The notes below the pieces were generated by a model. That model saw only the letters and a list, made by a program, of their open reading frames with translations. It searched no databases and was not told the origin of the DNA. Positions 1-9,943 of a DNA stretch of 64,000 bases are shown piece after piece. Every line of letters begins with the position of its first letter. The first letter of the stretch is position 1. A program made the translations under genes and the position numbers. The DNA is from an uncultured Methanoregulaceae archaeon (GTDB lineage: Archaea > Halobacteriota > Methanomicrobia > Methanomicrobiales > Methanospirillaceae), in assembly GCA_963717525.1 (NCBI GenBank), contig OY970343.1:928001-992000 (forward strand), read 5' to 3'.

Positions 1-8
1 TTGGATCC

Positions 9-644
9 GTGTTATCCTTCGGGGGAGTGAATTACTTAACTTTCCTGTACCCGGGAATCCTTGTCCAGTCGCTTTTGTTTTCGGCGGTCTTTTTCGGGGT
101 GTATATCGTATGGGATAAAAAAATCGATTTCTTAAAAGAAGTGCTGGTATCCCCGATGTCAAGGACATCCATTTTTATCGGCAAGATCCTCGGGGGATCC
201 ACTGACACGCTTCTTCAGTCAGCCATCCTGCTCGTCATTGGCTATGCATTCACCGTCACCGGCGTACTCGCAGGGCTTACGTTCACTCCGTTCTCGGTCG
301 TCATTTCCTGTATTTTTTTATTCGTGACGACGGTCGGGCTCGTCAGCATCGGTCTTATCATCGGCTCACAGATGGAGAGCCCCGAAGGGTTCCAGCTCAT
401 AAGCAGCTTCCTGATATTCCCGATGTTTTTTCTCTCCGGGGCCCTCTTTCCTATCGAGAATCTCCCGGCCTGGCTCACTCCCTTCGTGTTGCTTAACCCT
501 GCTACCTATTCAGTGGACGGCTTACGGGGGGCGCTCGTCGGACTGCACCGGTTCAACATCGGTCTCGATCTCCTCGTTATAAGCGCATTTTCCCTTGTTA
601 TGATCCTCATCGGGACGTATGCTTTCAGGAAAATAAAACTGTGA
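9..644 (+). CDS. ABC-2 type transporter permease (probably 5'-truncated by the window edge)
   Basis: Six hydrophobic segments; motifs YLTFLYPG, D-K-K-x-D-FLKEVLVSP, FFLSGALFP and NPATY typical of ABC-2 permeases. Confidence 0.9.
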   Translation: MLSFGGVNYLTFLYPGILVQSLLFSAVFFGVYIVWDKKIDFLKEVLVSPMSRTSIFIGKILGGSTDTLLQSAILLVIGYAFTVTGVLAGLTFTPFSVVISCIFLFVTTVGLVSIGLIIGSQMESPEGFQLISSFLIFPMFFLSGALFPIENLPAWLTPFVLLNPATYSVDGLRGALVGLHRFNIGLDLLVISAFSLVMILIGTYAFRKIKL

Positions 645-790
645 GCGTTGTGCTGTAGCTGCAGGTCCTGTTGCACCTGCGGGACGTTTACCTGCGCACC
701 GTTGGCCGGGTCACGGCGATAGTAGGGTTGGTTGACACGACCACAGCACGCAACCAGAGGCTCCGGATTCGAAGGAATGCCTAAAATATA

Positions 791-1483
791 TTAACTATAC
801 TGGCTTTCGTTCAGGTTCCCCGAGTTTGAATATCCCCGCTGCTCCCAGTAGCCCTGGTAATTTGGATTATCAGAGAGTTCAATCTCATCGATCCATTTGA
901 TCCACTTGTAACCCCATTTGTCCTCTGCCACCAGCCGGAAAGGATAGCCGTGTTGGGGATCGATGGTGACATTGTTCATTTTGTATGCGATGATGATATC
1001 GTTGTCCATGACATAGCTGAGCGGGAACGATGTTGTGTACCCGTCAGTAGCGTGGAAGATCACCGTATTTGCCCGCGGGTCGACACCTGCATCATTGATG
1101 AGATCCCTGACAAGCACACCTTCCCAAAGGATCTTAACAGACCAGCCTTCGACGCAATTGAGCGTAACAACCTTGGTGTAGTGCTGGTAATTGTCGAGGA
1201 CCTCATTATAGGTCATCATTTTGGTTGTCGTGGTGAGGCCGGTGACAGTAAGCCGGTAATCAGAGATGTTCACGTTCTGGGTACCGATGATTGCATTCTC
1301 GGGCACATTGCTGATGGACGAGAGGTCCTGTCCCTCATAGGACCGGACTTCGACAGCTGCGAGGTTTGTGGTCCCGGCTGGGGATTGTCCGGATCTAAAC
1401 ACCGGGCTCAAAAAGACTACCACAAGAGCGATAACGACGACCGCTATCACAAGCGCGATCACGAGGTACAAGCGATTGTTCAT
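791..1483 (-). CDS. Membrane-anchored molybdopterin-dependent oxidoreductase (sulfite oxidase/MsrP-like)
   Basis: N-terminal TM helix; CVEGWS, HGYPFRL, WGYKWIKW and GYWEQRGY motifs. Confidence 0.88.
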   Translation of the reverse strand: MNNRLYLVIALVIAVVVIALVVVFLSPVFRSGQSPAGTTNLAAVEVRSYEGQDLSSISNVPENAIIGTQNVNISDYRLTVTGLTTTTKMMTYNEVLDNYQHYTKVVTLNCVEGWSVKILWEGVLVRDLINDAGVDPRANTVIFHATDGYTTSFPLSYVMDNDIIIAYKMNNVTIDPQHGYPFRLVAEDKWGYKWIKWIDEIELSDNPNYQGYWEQRGYSNSGNLNESQYS

Positions 1484-1562
1484 TGATTGTTACCTGCACC
1501 CTCAGTCACATTAAGGTTGGGATTGGGGAACAGGACCGGTGTCTCCCGGCCGGGATTGCCGG

Positions 1563-1865
1563 TCATACCGTTCCAGCAGCACCCTTTTTCTTCGGATACC
1601 GGTACGCGACAAGTTCCGCCGAAGCGCCGATAACAATCCCCATGACAAAACCCCATGGGGAAAGCCCGCAGACGCCCTGCCATTCTGTTATTATCATTCC
1701 AAGAAACGTGCAGGTGATGAGAATGGGTACAAAGAGCTTCCCGGGGATCGGCTGTCGCCTGCCACCCTGTACAATTTCACGTTTTTCTGCCCGGAAATAC
1801 AGGAACAGACAAAGAACGGCAAGTGCAAGGCCACAAAGGGCAATAATCGTGAAGGTCTGGGACAT
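1563..1865 (-). CDS. Small hypothetical membrane protein
   Basis: About 100-aa ORF from MSQTFTII with three hydrophobic segments, upstream of and co-oriented with the oxidoreductase. Confidence 0.55.
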   Translation of the reverse strand: MSQTFTIIALCGLALAVLCLFLYFRAEKREIVQGGRRQPIPGKLFVPILITCTFLGMIITEWQGVCGLSPWGFVMGIVIGASAELVAYRYPKKKGAAGTV

Positions 1866-2086
1866 GGTTGAAGGATGGGATCTGCACGAAAACATTACAG
1901 CGATCTGGATATATAGTTCGGGTTGATGACAATCATGGGAGCGAGCGATCAAGGGCAAAGCCTGCACATTCTGCATAAAACCCCCCTGCCTGTCGACGTT
2001 TTTCACTGCACTACGGGGACTTTCCAAAGGGGCTTTCAGGGCCGGGCCGGGGTTTTTCCATCGTACTTCATCTGCCTGATGCGATC

Positions 2087-2146
2087 ACTTTCACCCCCCG
2101 CGTGGCCGGCACTTTATCTCCCTCAGCAGGGCAGGGATCCGGTGCC
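2087..2146 (+). promoter_or_regulatory. Putative DNA-damage-responsive promoter, copy 1 (ACTTTC box plus TTTATC TATA-like element)
   Basis: ACTTTC at 2087 and TTTATC at 2113; the same layout is conserved at 9884-9943. Confidence 0.5.
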
Positions 2147-2668
2147 ATGCATATCGAGCTCCGCAAGGGTCTGACACTCCGGCCAGGCACATTCAACGCG
2201 GTCATTGCACCCGAGAAAGAGATAGTCACCGCCATTAACAGCAACGCGGATCTCCAGCGGTTCCTGTTCCTTTACATCAGCGGGAACTACTCCCGGATCC
2301 TGTCAGGTATCAACAGGCAGTCAAAAAACTTTGATGTCCGCCGTGGATTTACCGCCCACCAGCTCTTCACCATACTCCGGGAGGCCGGCCATACGGTCGT
2401 CTTTGTCGAGCACGACCCCTCGCTTTTTGACGGGGCGGCAGCCATGCTCGAACCAATTGCCAGTGCCTTGAAAGAGGCCGCCCGGGAGTCGCTCGTCATC
2501 CTCTATACGCCGGTTGCCGACCGCACATTCTCAACACTTGGACGGAACGCGGATCACTACATCGAGATCGTTCCGGTTGAAGAGACCCGGTACCCGATCC
2601 GCACCAGCCGTACCGTACGGCAGTGCGGCCTGCGTCCCTCCGGGCAACGCACGCTGGAGGTATCATAA
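2147..2668 (+). CDS. Inactivated RadA/RecA-fold protein of the PolB2 cassette (iRadA-like)
   Basis: RecA-like RRGFTAHQL segment without a Walker A motif; directly followed by an MGRT-x-PS protein; a partial duplicate precedes polB2. Confidence 0.65.
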   Translation: MHIELRKGLTLRPGTFNAVIAPEKEIVTAINSNADLQRFLFLYISGNYSRILSGINRQSKNFDVRRGFTAHQLFTILREAGHTVVFVEHDPSLFDGAAAMLEPIASALKEAARESLVILYTPVADRTFSTLGRNADHYIEIVPVEETRYPIRTSRTVRQCGLRPSGQRTLEVS

Positions 2669-2933
2669 ATGGGCAGGACATTTCCCAGTGTCCGGCAGGG
2701 TGTCAACAGCACGGCGGACCGGTGGGCCCGGTCAGCCCGGGCACTTAAGAGGGGAGACCAGCAGTACCGGTGAACAGCTCGTGAACCTGGCAAAGACGCA
2801 TTCGAGCGAGGCGTTTGTAGCCTGCGACGATCCCCTCGAAGCCGTGGTCTTCTCAGCACTTGTCGAAATCCTCAAGCGGCAGGACCGGCTCGAAGAGGAC
2901 ATGAAAAAGCAACGGGACGAGCCGCCCGGATAA
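2669..2933 (+). CDS. PolB2-associated small helical protein (PPB2/arCOG07300-like), frameshift near 2768
   Basis: Reads MGRTFPSVRQ...DQQY, then in a shifted frame GEQLVNLAKTHSSEAFVACDDPLEAVVFSALVEI; MGRT-x-PS and DP-x-E motifs. Confidence 0.7.
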
Positions 2934-2986
2934 CCTCAAGAATCAGGACGGGGTCCAGCGCCGCTTATCCCACCTTTTGACGTCTG

Positions 2987-3306
2987 AAAAACTCCCGTAA
3001 AATCGCCCGATTGATCTCTATAAAATTCAAAGCCCTTTTATCCTCCTATTTGCCAAAATACGCCAAAATTGAGCCCCATATAATGGCCTTTAGAGCCCCA
3101 TATTCGCGTTCCAGAGGCCTTGTTTTTCCGGATCGTGCAATTGGTAATTTTACCTGTGATCTGCCAAAATAACCCCGTTGTTGAGTCCGTTTTAATTTGT
3201 CCGATTGGCAAAATAAGGCTGATTTAAGGTTATTTTAAAACGGAGCCCGATACGGGCTTCTTTTGGAGGTAGAAGCGGGCAATCGGGACTCAAATTGGGG
3301 CCGGAT
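2987..3306 (+). repeat. About 320-bp non-coding dispersed element, copy 1
   Basis: Colinear with the reverse complement of 40580-40900 (shared GCCCCATATAATG, CGTTTTAATT..TCCGATTG..AAAATAAGGC, AGCCCGAT.CGGGCT). Confidence 0.85.
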
Positions 3307-3378
3307 TGAGGAGGGCGGATCACTGATAGATCCAGTGGAAAAACAGGTGGACCAGAACTGAGGTTTTCCACGCGGCTC

Positions 3379-4041
3379 TCACAATGGTTTGATTACCTGC
3401 TCGTCATCTGCCGCTGTATTATTTATCAGGTCCGGGACCGGGTACGCCTCCATCCCCTCCGCAGGAAACGGTGAGAGGATCCGGTGCATCTCCTCAGCGG
3501 GAAGCGCCTCGCGGGAAACCCAGCGGATCTCATCCTCCTGCCGGAGGATCGCCGGCATCCTGTGGTGGATGGGAGCGACGATGCTGTTTGCGGGGGTCGT
3601 TATAATCGTGTACGTCGCAAGAGTTGTACCTGCCGGGTTGTGCCAGATATCGTAGAGCCCGGCAAACGCAAAGACCGGATCGTTGGTTTTGTGGATATAG
3701 AACGGGATCCTGCGCCCCCATTCCTCCTTCCATTCAAAAAATCCGCTCGCGGGTACAAGGCAGCGTTTCGTCCGCAGCAGATCGCTAAACATCGGCTTAT
3801 CTGCAAGGTTCTCTGCCCGGGCATTGATCGGGCGGTGCATTGACTTGATGTCCCGTGCCCAGTGCGGGACAAGCCCCCACTGCATCATGACCGCTTCAAC
3901 CCGTTGCTCGTGCGCCACGATCACCGGGTTCGTGCTGCCCGGCGCGATGTTGAAGTGTGAGCGAAAGCCAATGGACGGGTCCATCACCCGGAACCTCCCG
4001 CAGATATCATCAATGCAGAGAAGCGAGTACCGGCCGCACAT
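3379..4041 (-). CDS. SOS response-associated peptidase (SRAP/HMCES/YedK abasic-site crosslinking protein)
   Basis: N-terminal MCGRY; INARAE, RCLVPASGFFEW, IHHRMPAIL. Confidence 0.95.
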   Translation of the reverse strand: MCGRYSLLCIDDICGRFRVMDPSIGFRSHFNIAPGSTNPVIVAHEQRVEAVMMQWGLVPHWARDIKSMHRPINARAENLADKPMFSDLLRTKRCLVPASGFFEWKEEWGRRIPFYIHKTNDPVFAFAGLYDIWHNPAGTTLATYTIITTPANSIVAPIHHRMPAILRQEDEIRWVSREALPAEEMHRILSPFPAEGMEAYPVPDLINNTAADDEQVIKPL

Positions 4042-4137
4042 ACGCTTCACTCTGGTGCAGGGTCTCTTCAAGGTTTTGCGCCGGGCTGCTGCACCGGGAA
4101 AAATGGTTACCTCAGAAAAAAGTTTTCCTTTCTGAAC

Positions 4138-4998
4138 TTATGAGATCTTTTTGATAAACGTGTCATTTTCGTACTCGTCAAACGCCTGCTGCAGTTCCTC
4201 CTGCGTGTTCATGACGATGGGGCCGCCCCATGCGATCGGTTCGCGGAGCGGTTTTCCCGAAAAGAACAGGAACCTCACTCCTTCGCCGCCCGCACGGACA
4301 CCGACCGCGTCACCCTCATCGCCAAACAAGGCCATCGTCCGGTTCGCCAGCTCATCTTTATGGCCCTCGTCAAATCTCCCGGTGCCGCCGATCACATAGG
4401 CCGCTGCCCGGTAACCGGGTTTTACCGGGTGGGAGAACTGCGCACCCGGTTCAAGGGACACATCGAAGTACTCGGGGTCCGCCATGATATCGCGGACCGG
4501 GCCGGTGACACCGGCGATCGTTCCGCAGATGACCCTGGCACTCGCGCCACCCGGCAGGGTGACACTGGGGATTGCATCGGCCTTGATTTCCTGGTACCGC
4601 GGATCCATCACCTTATACTTCCGGGGCAGGTTAACCCAGAGCTGGAACCCCCCCATGCGGCCGTTGACCGGTTTTGGCATCTCCTGGTGGATGATGCCGG
4701 AACCTGCCGTCATCCACTGGACACATCCGGCGTCGACATTACCCGCATGGCCCATGCTGTCACCGTGTTCGACGGTCCCCTCCAGCATGTAGGTCACCGT
4801 CTCGATGCCCCGGTGTGGGTGCCAGGGAAAACCGGCAAGATAATCCCTGGGCCGGTCTGCACGGAAGTCATCCAGCATCAGGAAGGGATCAAAGTCCGGG
4901 ATCTCGTTATAGCCGAACGCCCGGTTAAGGTGAACGCCAGCTCCTTCAAGGGTAGGTCTGCTCTTCAGGATCCTGGCAATCTCCCTGGTTTTAATCAT
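4138..4998 (-). CDS. Pirin family protein
   Basis: DPFLMLD, HPHRGIETVTY, WMTAGSGIIHQE, GPIVMNT. Confidence 0.95.
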   Translation of the reverse strand: MIKTREIARILKSRPTLEGAGVHLNRAFGYNEIPDFDPFLMLDDFRADRPRDYLAGFPWHPHRGIETVTYMLEGTVEHGDSMGHAGNVDAGCVQWMTAGSGIIHQEMPKPVNGRMGGFQLWVNLPRKYKVMDPRYQEIKADAIPSVTLPGGASARVICGTIAGVTGPVRDIMADPEYFDVSLEPGAQFSHPVKPGYRAAAYVIGGTGRFDEGHKDELANRTMALFGDEGDAVGVRAGGEGVRFLFFSGKPLREPIAWGGPIVMNTQEELQQAFDEYENDTFIKKIS

Positions 4999-5077
4999 AT
5001 ACAGTCTCCCTGCAAGTACCTGAATTGTTCAGACTGCTTCGCCACATACAAGGTATAGTAATCACACGACCTTACAC

Positions 5078-5731
5078 TCACACTTTTTTAAAGCAGAGGT
5101 ACCAGTCCTTGCACTCGTACCCTTCGCTTAAGCGCTTCTCCATCTCAGCTGCGGTCTTTGGCGGCGCCACGACCACCTTGTCGCCCGGCTGCCAGTTTGC
5201 AGGTGTTGACACCTTGTACTTGTCTGTCGTCTGGAGGGCTTTTACCATCCGGATGATCTCCGGCATAAACCTCCCGTTCGATTGCGGGTAGTAAATCATC
5301 GCCCGCATGATCCCCTTGTCATCGATAAAGAAAACGCTCCTGACCGCCGCGGTAGAGTTCAGGGCCGGGTGGATCATGCCGTACTTCTTTGCCACTTTCA
5401 TGTTCAGGTCAGCAATGACCGGGAACGGGATAGTGACATCCATCTTCTCCTTGATGTTACGAATCCAGGCAAGGTGTGCCGATATGCTGTCAACGGAGAG
5501 CCCTACCAGTTTCACGTTGAGCGCTGCAAGTTCATCGTTGATAGCGGCAAATGCCATGAATTCCGTTGTACAAACAGGGGTGAAATCAGCGGGATGTGAA
5601 AACAGCACCACCCATTTCCCCTTCAGGTCCGAGAGTTTGATCGGGCCCTGCGTGGTCTCAGCTTCAAAGTCCGGGGCAGGTTCTCCCAGTGCCGGAAAAC
5701 TTATACATTCCTCTTCAGCCATTGTAACCAT
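5078..5731 (-). CDS. Peroxiredoxin (archaeal Prx6-type)
   Basis: FSHPADFTPVCTTEF; C-terminal CKDWYLC. Confidence 0.95.
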   Translation of the reverse strand: MVTMAEEECISFPALGEPAPDFEAETTQGPIKLSDLKGKWVVLFSHPADFTPVCTTEFMAFAAINDELAALNVKLVGLSVDSISAHLAWIRNIKEKMDVTIPFPVIADLNMKVAKKYGMIHPALNSTAAVRSVFFIDDKGIMRAMIYYPQSNGRFMPEIIRMVKALQTTDKYKVSTPANWQPGDKVVVAPPKTAAEMEKRLSEGYECKDWYLCFKKV

Positions 5732-5917
5732 CTCCTTTGCTTCCCTTGCAGGGAGTTAAGGTACCTTCAGTGGAACCCCTGTCTCCCTGTATCTGTTCAT
5801 GATACCCACCTGATTTATCAGGCATGAGATCCTCAACGGGCATACTTCGCATCCGTTCGGGACCGGATACGTTCCTCTTTCCGTTTGATCCGATAAATGA
5901 ATGGATGCAGGAATCAC

Positions 5918-6530
5918 CTACTGGAGCCCGATCATTGCGCCGTAGCGGGAATATACTTCCCTGACAAGTTCCATGGATTTCGGGTTAGCCCAGTCGTGCA
6001 TCCATTCCGATATCAGCGATTCGGTCGTGATCGGAATTACGCCAGCCTGCAGCATCCTCTCTATCCCGTACCTGTGGGCATCAGCAGTGGAATCACCGCC
6101 TGCATCAATCAGGCCGTAGACTTCATACCCTTCCCTTATCGCGTGGAGGGCAGTATAGGCAAAGCACATACTTGTCCACAGTCCGGAGACAACGAGCTTC
6201 TTCCGGCCCGTCTTCCTGAAGGCAGTCCATACCTTATCATCCTCGAATGCATCGAAGCTGAGAACCGATCGCGAGATCGCTTCCTGTCCGGGAAAGAGTC
6301 GGGTGATCTCCCCGATGAAATTACCATTATGTTCCGGGTTGATGGTTGTCAGTACCAACCGGAATGTTCAGGATAGTTGCTGCCTTGGCAGCGCAATAAG
6401 CCGAGTTCCGGATAATTGTCTTGTCACCCGATGCTACACCGGCAAACATCGCACGCTGGTAGTCCACGAGCACCAGTGCGCTGTTCTTGTCGCTCAGCAG
6501 TTCCAGTTTTCCGTCTTTTGGATTTGCCAT
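5918..6530 (-). CDS. Isochorismatase/YcaC-like cysteine hydrolase (frameshift near 6355)
   Basis: ALVLVDYQ in ORF 6327-6530 continues into ORF 5918-6358 (GLWTSMC, EWMHDW). Confidence 0.85.
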
Positions 6531-6639
6531 GTTTCAAACCTCCCTGTGTGCTACCTAAATTGTCCGGACATTTTACTCCGTATAATTCAGGTCAGTCTTA
6601 TCTTCTAATCCGAACTTTTTCTTCTATTCGGAGCCTCAG

Positions 6640-7343
6640 TTAATGCTGTACGTGGCTCCCGTCGCAGAACGGCTTGTTGTGCGATTTCCCGCAACGGCAG
6701 AGGGTGACCCGGTTCCGTACCGTGTAGGGTTTCCCGTCGGCGGACACAACAGGGATTTCACCCCGCACCCAGAGTGGCCCGTGCTCGCCCTTTGCAGGAT
6801 ATTCGATGACAACGATGGACTTTTCCAGGACCGGTTCGACCAGCTCCTCGCTCCTCCGGTCCCGGATAACAAGCCGGCCGGACGGGCAGTTGCAGGCCTC
6901 TTCGATAGCAGTATCCCGCGCTTCCGGGATACCTGACTGTTCGGTGAGGTTCCAGATCCCGCCGGCCCGCATGCAGAACCGGGCATGGACGCAGAGCTCG
7001 TGATAATCGGTAAGCTCCAGCTTCCGGGCCCCGGATTATTTCCGGGTCGACTGAGGTACGGTTCGTTCCCGGCAGTTTCGGTACCATTGAAGCGGGTCTT
7101 GGCATGGGTCCCGTCGCAGAAGGGTCTGTTCTCGGAATGACCGCACCTGCACAGGGCGCATTCCTCTCTTACGGGATAACGGTCAACGATCTTCCAGGTC
7201 CGGCAGTACCCTTCATTATCATTGCATATCTCCGCAACAACAATAGGAACGCCACCGGTCGCGATATAAGGACCGTTCTTCGTGACGGTGATCTTCATGG
7301 AATCGTTTTCCGGGTCCTGAGATTTTTTTATCTGGTCTTTCAT
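6640..7343 (-). CDS. Double CDGSH iron-sulfur domain protein (frameshift near 7030-7050)
   Basis: LCRCGHSENRPFCDGTH and LCRCGKSHNKPFCDGSH, with a central NCPSGRL ferredoxin-like part. Confidence 0.9.
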
Positions 7344-7366
7344 ACCGGTAGTTTCACCACCCGGAA

Positions 7367-7780
7367 TTAAATCTTGACAAGCACGTCGCTGCCATCCACT
7401 TTCACTGCGTAAACCGGTTGATCGTACGTCTTGATCAGGCGCTGCTCCTCGGCAATTCCCTCAAACATCAGCGCCACCGCTTTTTTCACTTTATCGGGAC
7501 AGCCGGTAAACATCTCCTTAAGCCCGCCGAGTTCCAGAACCGGCCCTGACATCAGTTTCCCGGTGGTTATGTCAAACTGTGAAGAATGCATGGGGCAGGT
7601 CACGATGGTATCCATAAGGGATCCCCGGGAGAGCCGGGCGTTCTCATGACCACACCGGTCCCCGATCGCGTAGAATGTACCCCCGACATTCGCGATGCAC
7701 AGCTCTGTCGCGCCGGCCTCAACATGTTTCATGGTTCCGGCAGGAATCTCGCTTACTCTGGCAACTTTGACAAAACCCAT
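7367..7780 (-). CDS. Rieske [2Fe-2S] ferredoxin
   Basis: CGH...CPMH Rieske ligands. Confidence 0.9.
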   Translation of the reverse strand: MGFVKVARVSEIPAGTMKHVEAGATELCIANVGGTFYAIGDRCGHENARLSRGSLMDTIVTCPMHSSQFDITTGKLMSGPVLELGGLKEMFTGCPDKVKKAVALMFEGIAEEQRLIKTYDQPVYAVKVDGSDVLVKI

Positions 7781-7805
7781 AGGATCGACCCCCCTTGACA
7801 GGCTT

Positions 7806-8243
7806 TCACATGAGGCCGATCTGCTGCATCAGGCCGATTTTATCGTAGAAGAGTTTCTCCTCAGTGATCTCCCCGTTCTTCCAGTGTGCGACCGTGCAGA
7901 ACTCCACTTTAAATTTCTTGCCGGTCGGCGGGATGACCTTCCCGTCCGGCCAGGTCATCGGGCCCTTGAAGGTGCCGGTGAATTCGGCGACCGAACACGT
8001 ATAATCCCCCTGGCCGAAGAATATCTTGTACGGCCGGTTCCCGACCCTGTTGTCCGGGAAGATCTTAAAGAACGCGATTGCCTCTTCCTTGTGAGACAGG
8101 CGACCATGGGTCGGATCTGCCTGCGCCGGCCAGAAGACATCGACCTCTTTCGCATGGCGTTTCTCAAACGTTACCCAGTCCTGAGAATTCCAGGCATCGT
8201 CCAGCGTCTGCATGAGACGCATGTTCTCTTCCACAGTTGACAT
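7806..8243 (-). CDS. SnoaL-like ester cyclase family protein
   Basis: FTGTFKGP...IPPTGKKFKV...GEITEE...YD...LMQQIG. Confidence 0.88.
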   Translation of the reverse strand: MSTVEENMRLMQTLDDAWNSQDWVTFEKRHAKEVDVFWPAQADPTHGRLSHKEEAIAFFKIFPDNRVGNRPYKIFFGQGDYTCSVAEFTGTFKGPMTWPDGKVIPPTGKKFKVEFCTVAHWKNGEITEEKLFYDKIGLMQQIGLM

Positions 8244-8600
8244 CGTTGTTCTCCTTGTGTTACGAAACCTGAATTACCCTGCCGGGGGATAAGGATTTTG
8301 TAATATATATTCGGGAAAATGCTAATCGTTGGTACACCTGATGAAACGACATCACGAACCTCTCTTCCTGTGGACATTGCAAAGGCATACTCATGTGATT
8401 ATGTGAAGCGGGCCCGGAAGGTGGCTAAAATGATAAACAGGTTCAGAGGGGGTCATCCCGCCCGGTTGATCTTATGCGATCGGGGGGCCCTGCTGCCCGG
8501 TACGAGAGTAACGGAGGACCCGAAACCAGCCGCCACCGGGATGCACAGGCACCCGCACTGATTTCAGATAAATTACGATGTGTGGTAAAAAAGGGTGGTT

Positions 8601-9159
8601 TTAGTGCCCGAACTGGACATCGAAGTAGATGTTCTTCCCTGACGCCTTGAGGGGGAGGCCATAGGCGACACTGCAGCCTTTCAGGTGCCCGGCTTTGAGG
8701 GCAACAAACCCGGCCGTGTACATGATCCGGTTGTCGACATTGTGGATGGATGCCGTCTTCGCCGCTGAGCCGACGGCAATACCGAGGTCCGAGATCTTGA
8801 GCACACAGTTGGGTCCGGCATAGGCTGAACCCTTGTTCTTCCGGCCCTTCTGCGCCTTTGCCATCTCTGCACAGGCTCACGTACCCGCATCCGCCACAGT
8901 TTATGCCAAGTGTCTTCTGGCCTTCGACACCAATAAGGACCGTGGCGTCGCTTGCCTTCACCTGTTCACCGTTAATCCGGAGAAACTCCATCCCGGTCTC
9001 TTTTGCTGCGGCAATCATCGCATCTCCGAGCGCCTTCTGTTCCTCTCCGGTAAGCACCTCGATTTTTATCGAGTCAATGCCACAGGCTTTCGGTGCCGTA
9101 CGGGCGGCAAGCGCCATGAGGCCGGCAACGGTCTTTACTGCATCTGATTCACTGGTCAT
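8601..9159 (-). CDS. Ferredoxin-domain protein, DUF2148-like (frameshift near 8875)
   Basis: AARTAPK, NCGGCGY, DLGIAVGSA, VDNRIMY, KNIYFD. Confidence 0.85.
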
Positions 9160-9238
9160 AAACGGGAATTGACCCCGCCAGGTATTAAACCATCAGGGTA
9201 CAGGTACTATTTCCTGCCGGTGAAGGCCGGCCCCCGTA

Positions 9239-9520
9239 TCACAGGCCGCAGCACGAAATCACGGGAGCCGGGCGGACAAGGCCCGCCGGCCTGCGCCGCT
9301 CGTAGTCCCGCAGGTAATCGTAGACCACGCCGGGGAAGAACCGGCTGTTCCCGGCCACGGCTGCGGCCGTGTGCGGGTCGGGTTCCGCTTTGTGAGCGTG
9401 CTGTCGGGTGAGCTCTGCAAGGATCCTTTTTATCGTCATAAGTTCTCCGAGCGTTGCAGGGCACTCATTATCATCGATCACGGCTTCGATCTGCTGTACA
9501 ACTTCATCCATCCGGGTCAT
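9239..9520 (-). CDS. Hypothetical protein
   Basis: 93-aa ORF with an upstream GGAG and a TATA-like TTATATAA; no recognised family. Confidence 0.45.
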   Translation of the reverse strand: MTRMDEVVQQIEAVIDDNECPATLGELMTIKRILAELTRQHAHKAEPDPHTAAAVAGNSRFFPGVVYDYLRDYERRRPAGLVRPAPVISCCGL

Positions 9521-9883
9521 GAGTTTTTTTCACTCCTTTTGCAGGTTTCTGCTGGATGGATGTCAGCGGGGGTGGTTATATAATGGAAAAATCGCCGGGG
9601 TTCGTTTGAAGAACGGCCCGGTATCGCGGTCGAACCCCCGGGTTATACAAAAAGACCGTAAGCATCTCTGCATCCGGCCATGGAAATGGAAGCGGTCGCA
9701 TCATAGACCGGATCGGAGCCCCCGGCCGGCATCAGGCTCGTAATTCGCATGAAGCCCTAATGTGCAGTGCAGAGAAAAAAGCATAAGAGGAGCACATCCG
9801 GTCTGCACCGTCAAGGTACCGCTGGCAGGGTACCGGGGAGTTACCGGGACCGGGCTGCCAACGTTTCTTACCCTGACCTGTTC

Positions 9884-9943
9884 ACTTTCGCCCCCCGCAG
9901 GGCCAGCCTTTTATCTCCCTTGGCAGGGCAGGGATCCGGTGCT
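9884..9943 (+). promoter_or_regulatory. Putative DNA-damage-responsive promoter, copy 2
   Basis: ACTTTC exactly 60 nt before the ATG as in copy 1; TTTTATC; shared GCAGGGCAGGGATCCGGTGC. Confidence 0.5.

Noticed and set aside
3331..3371. ORB-like TCCAGTGGAAAAACAGGTGG as a replication origin
   Set aside because: Single copy, no cdc6/orc1 nearby, no G-string; it pairs with GTTTTCCAC just downstream of the SRAP stop, so a terminator hairpin fits better.
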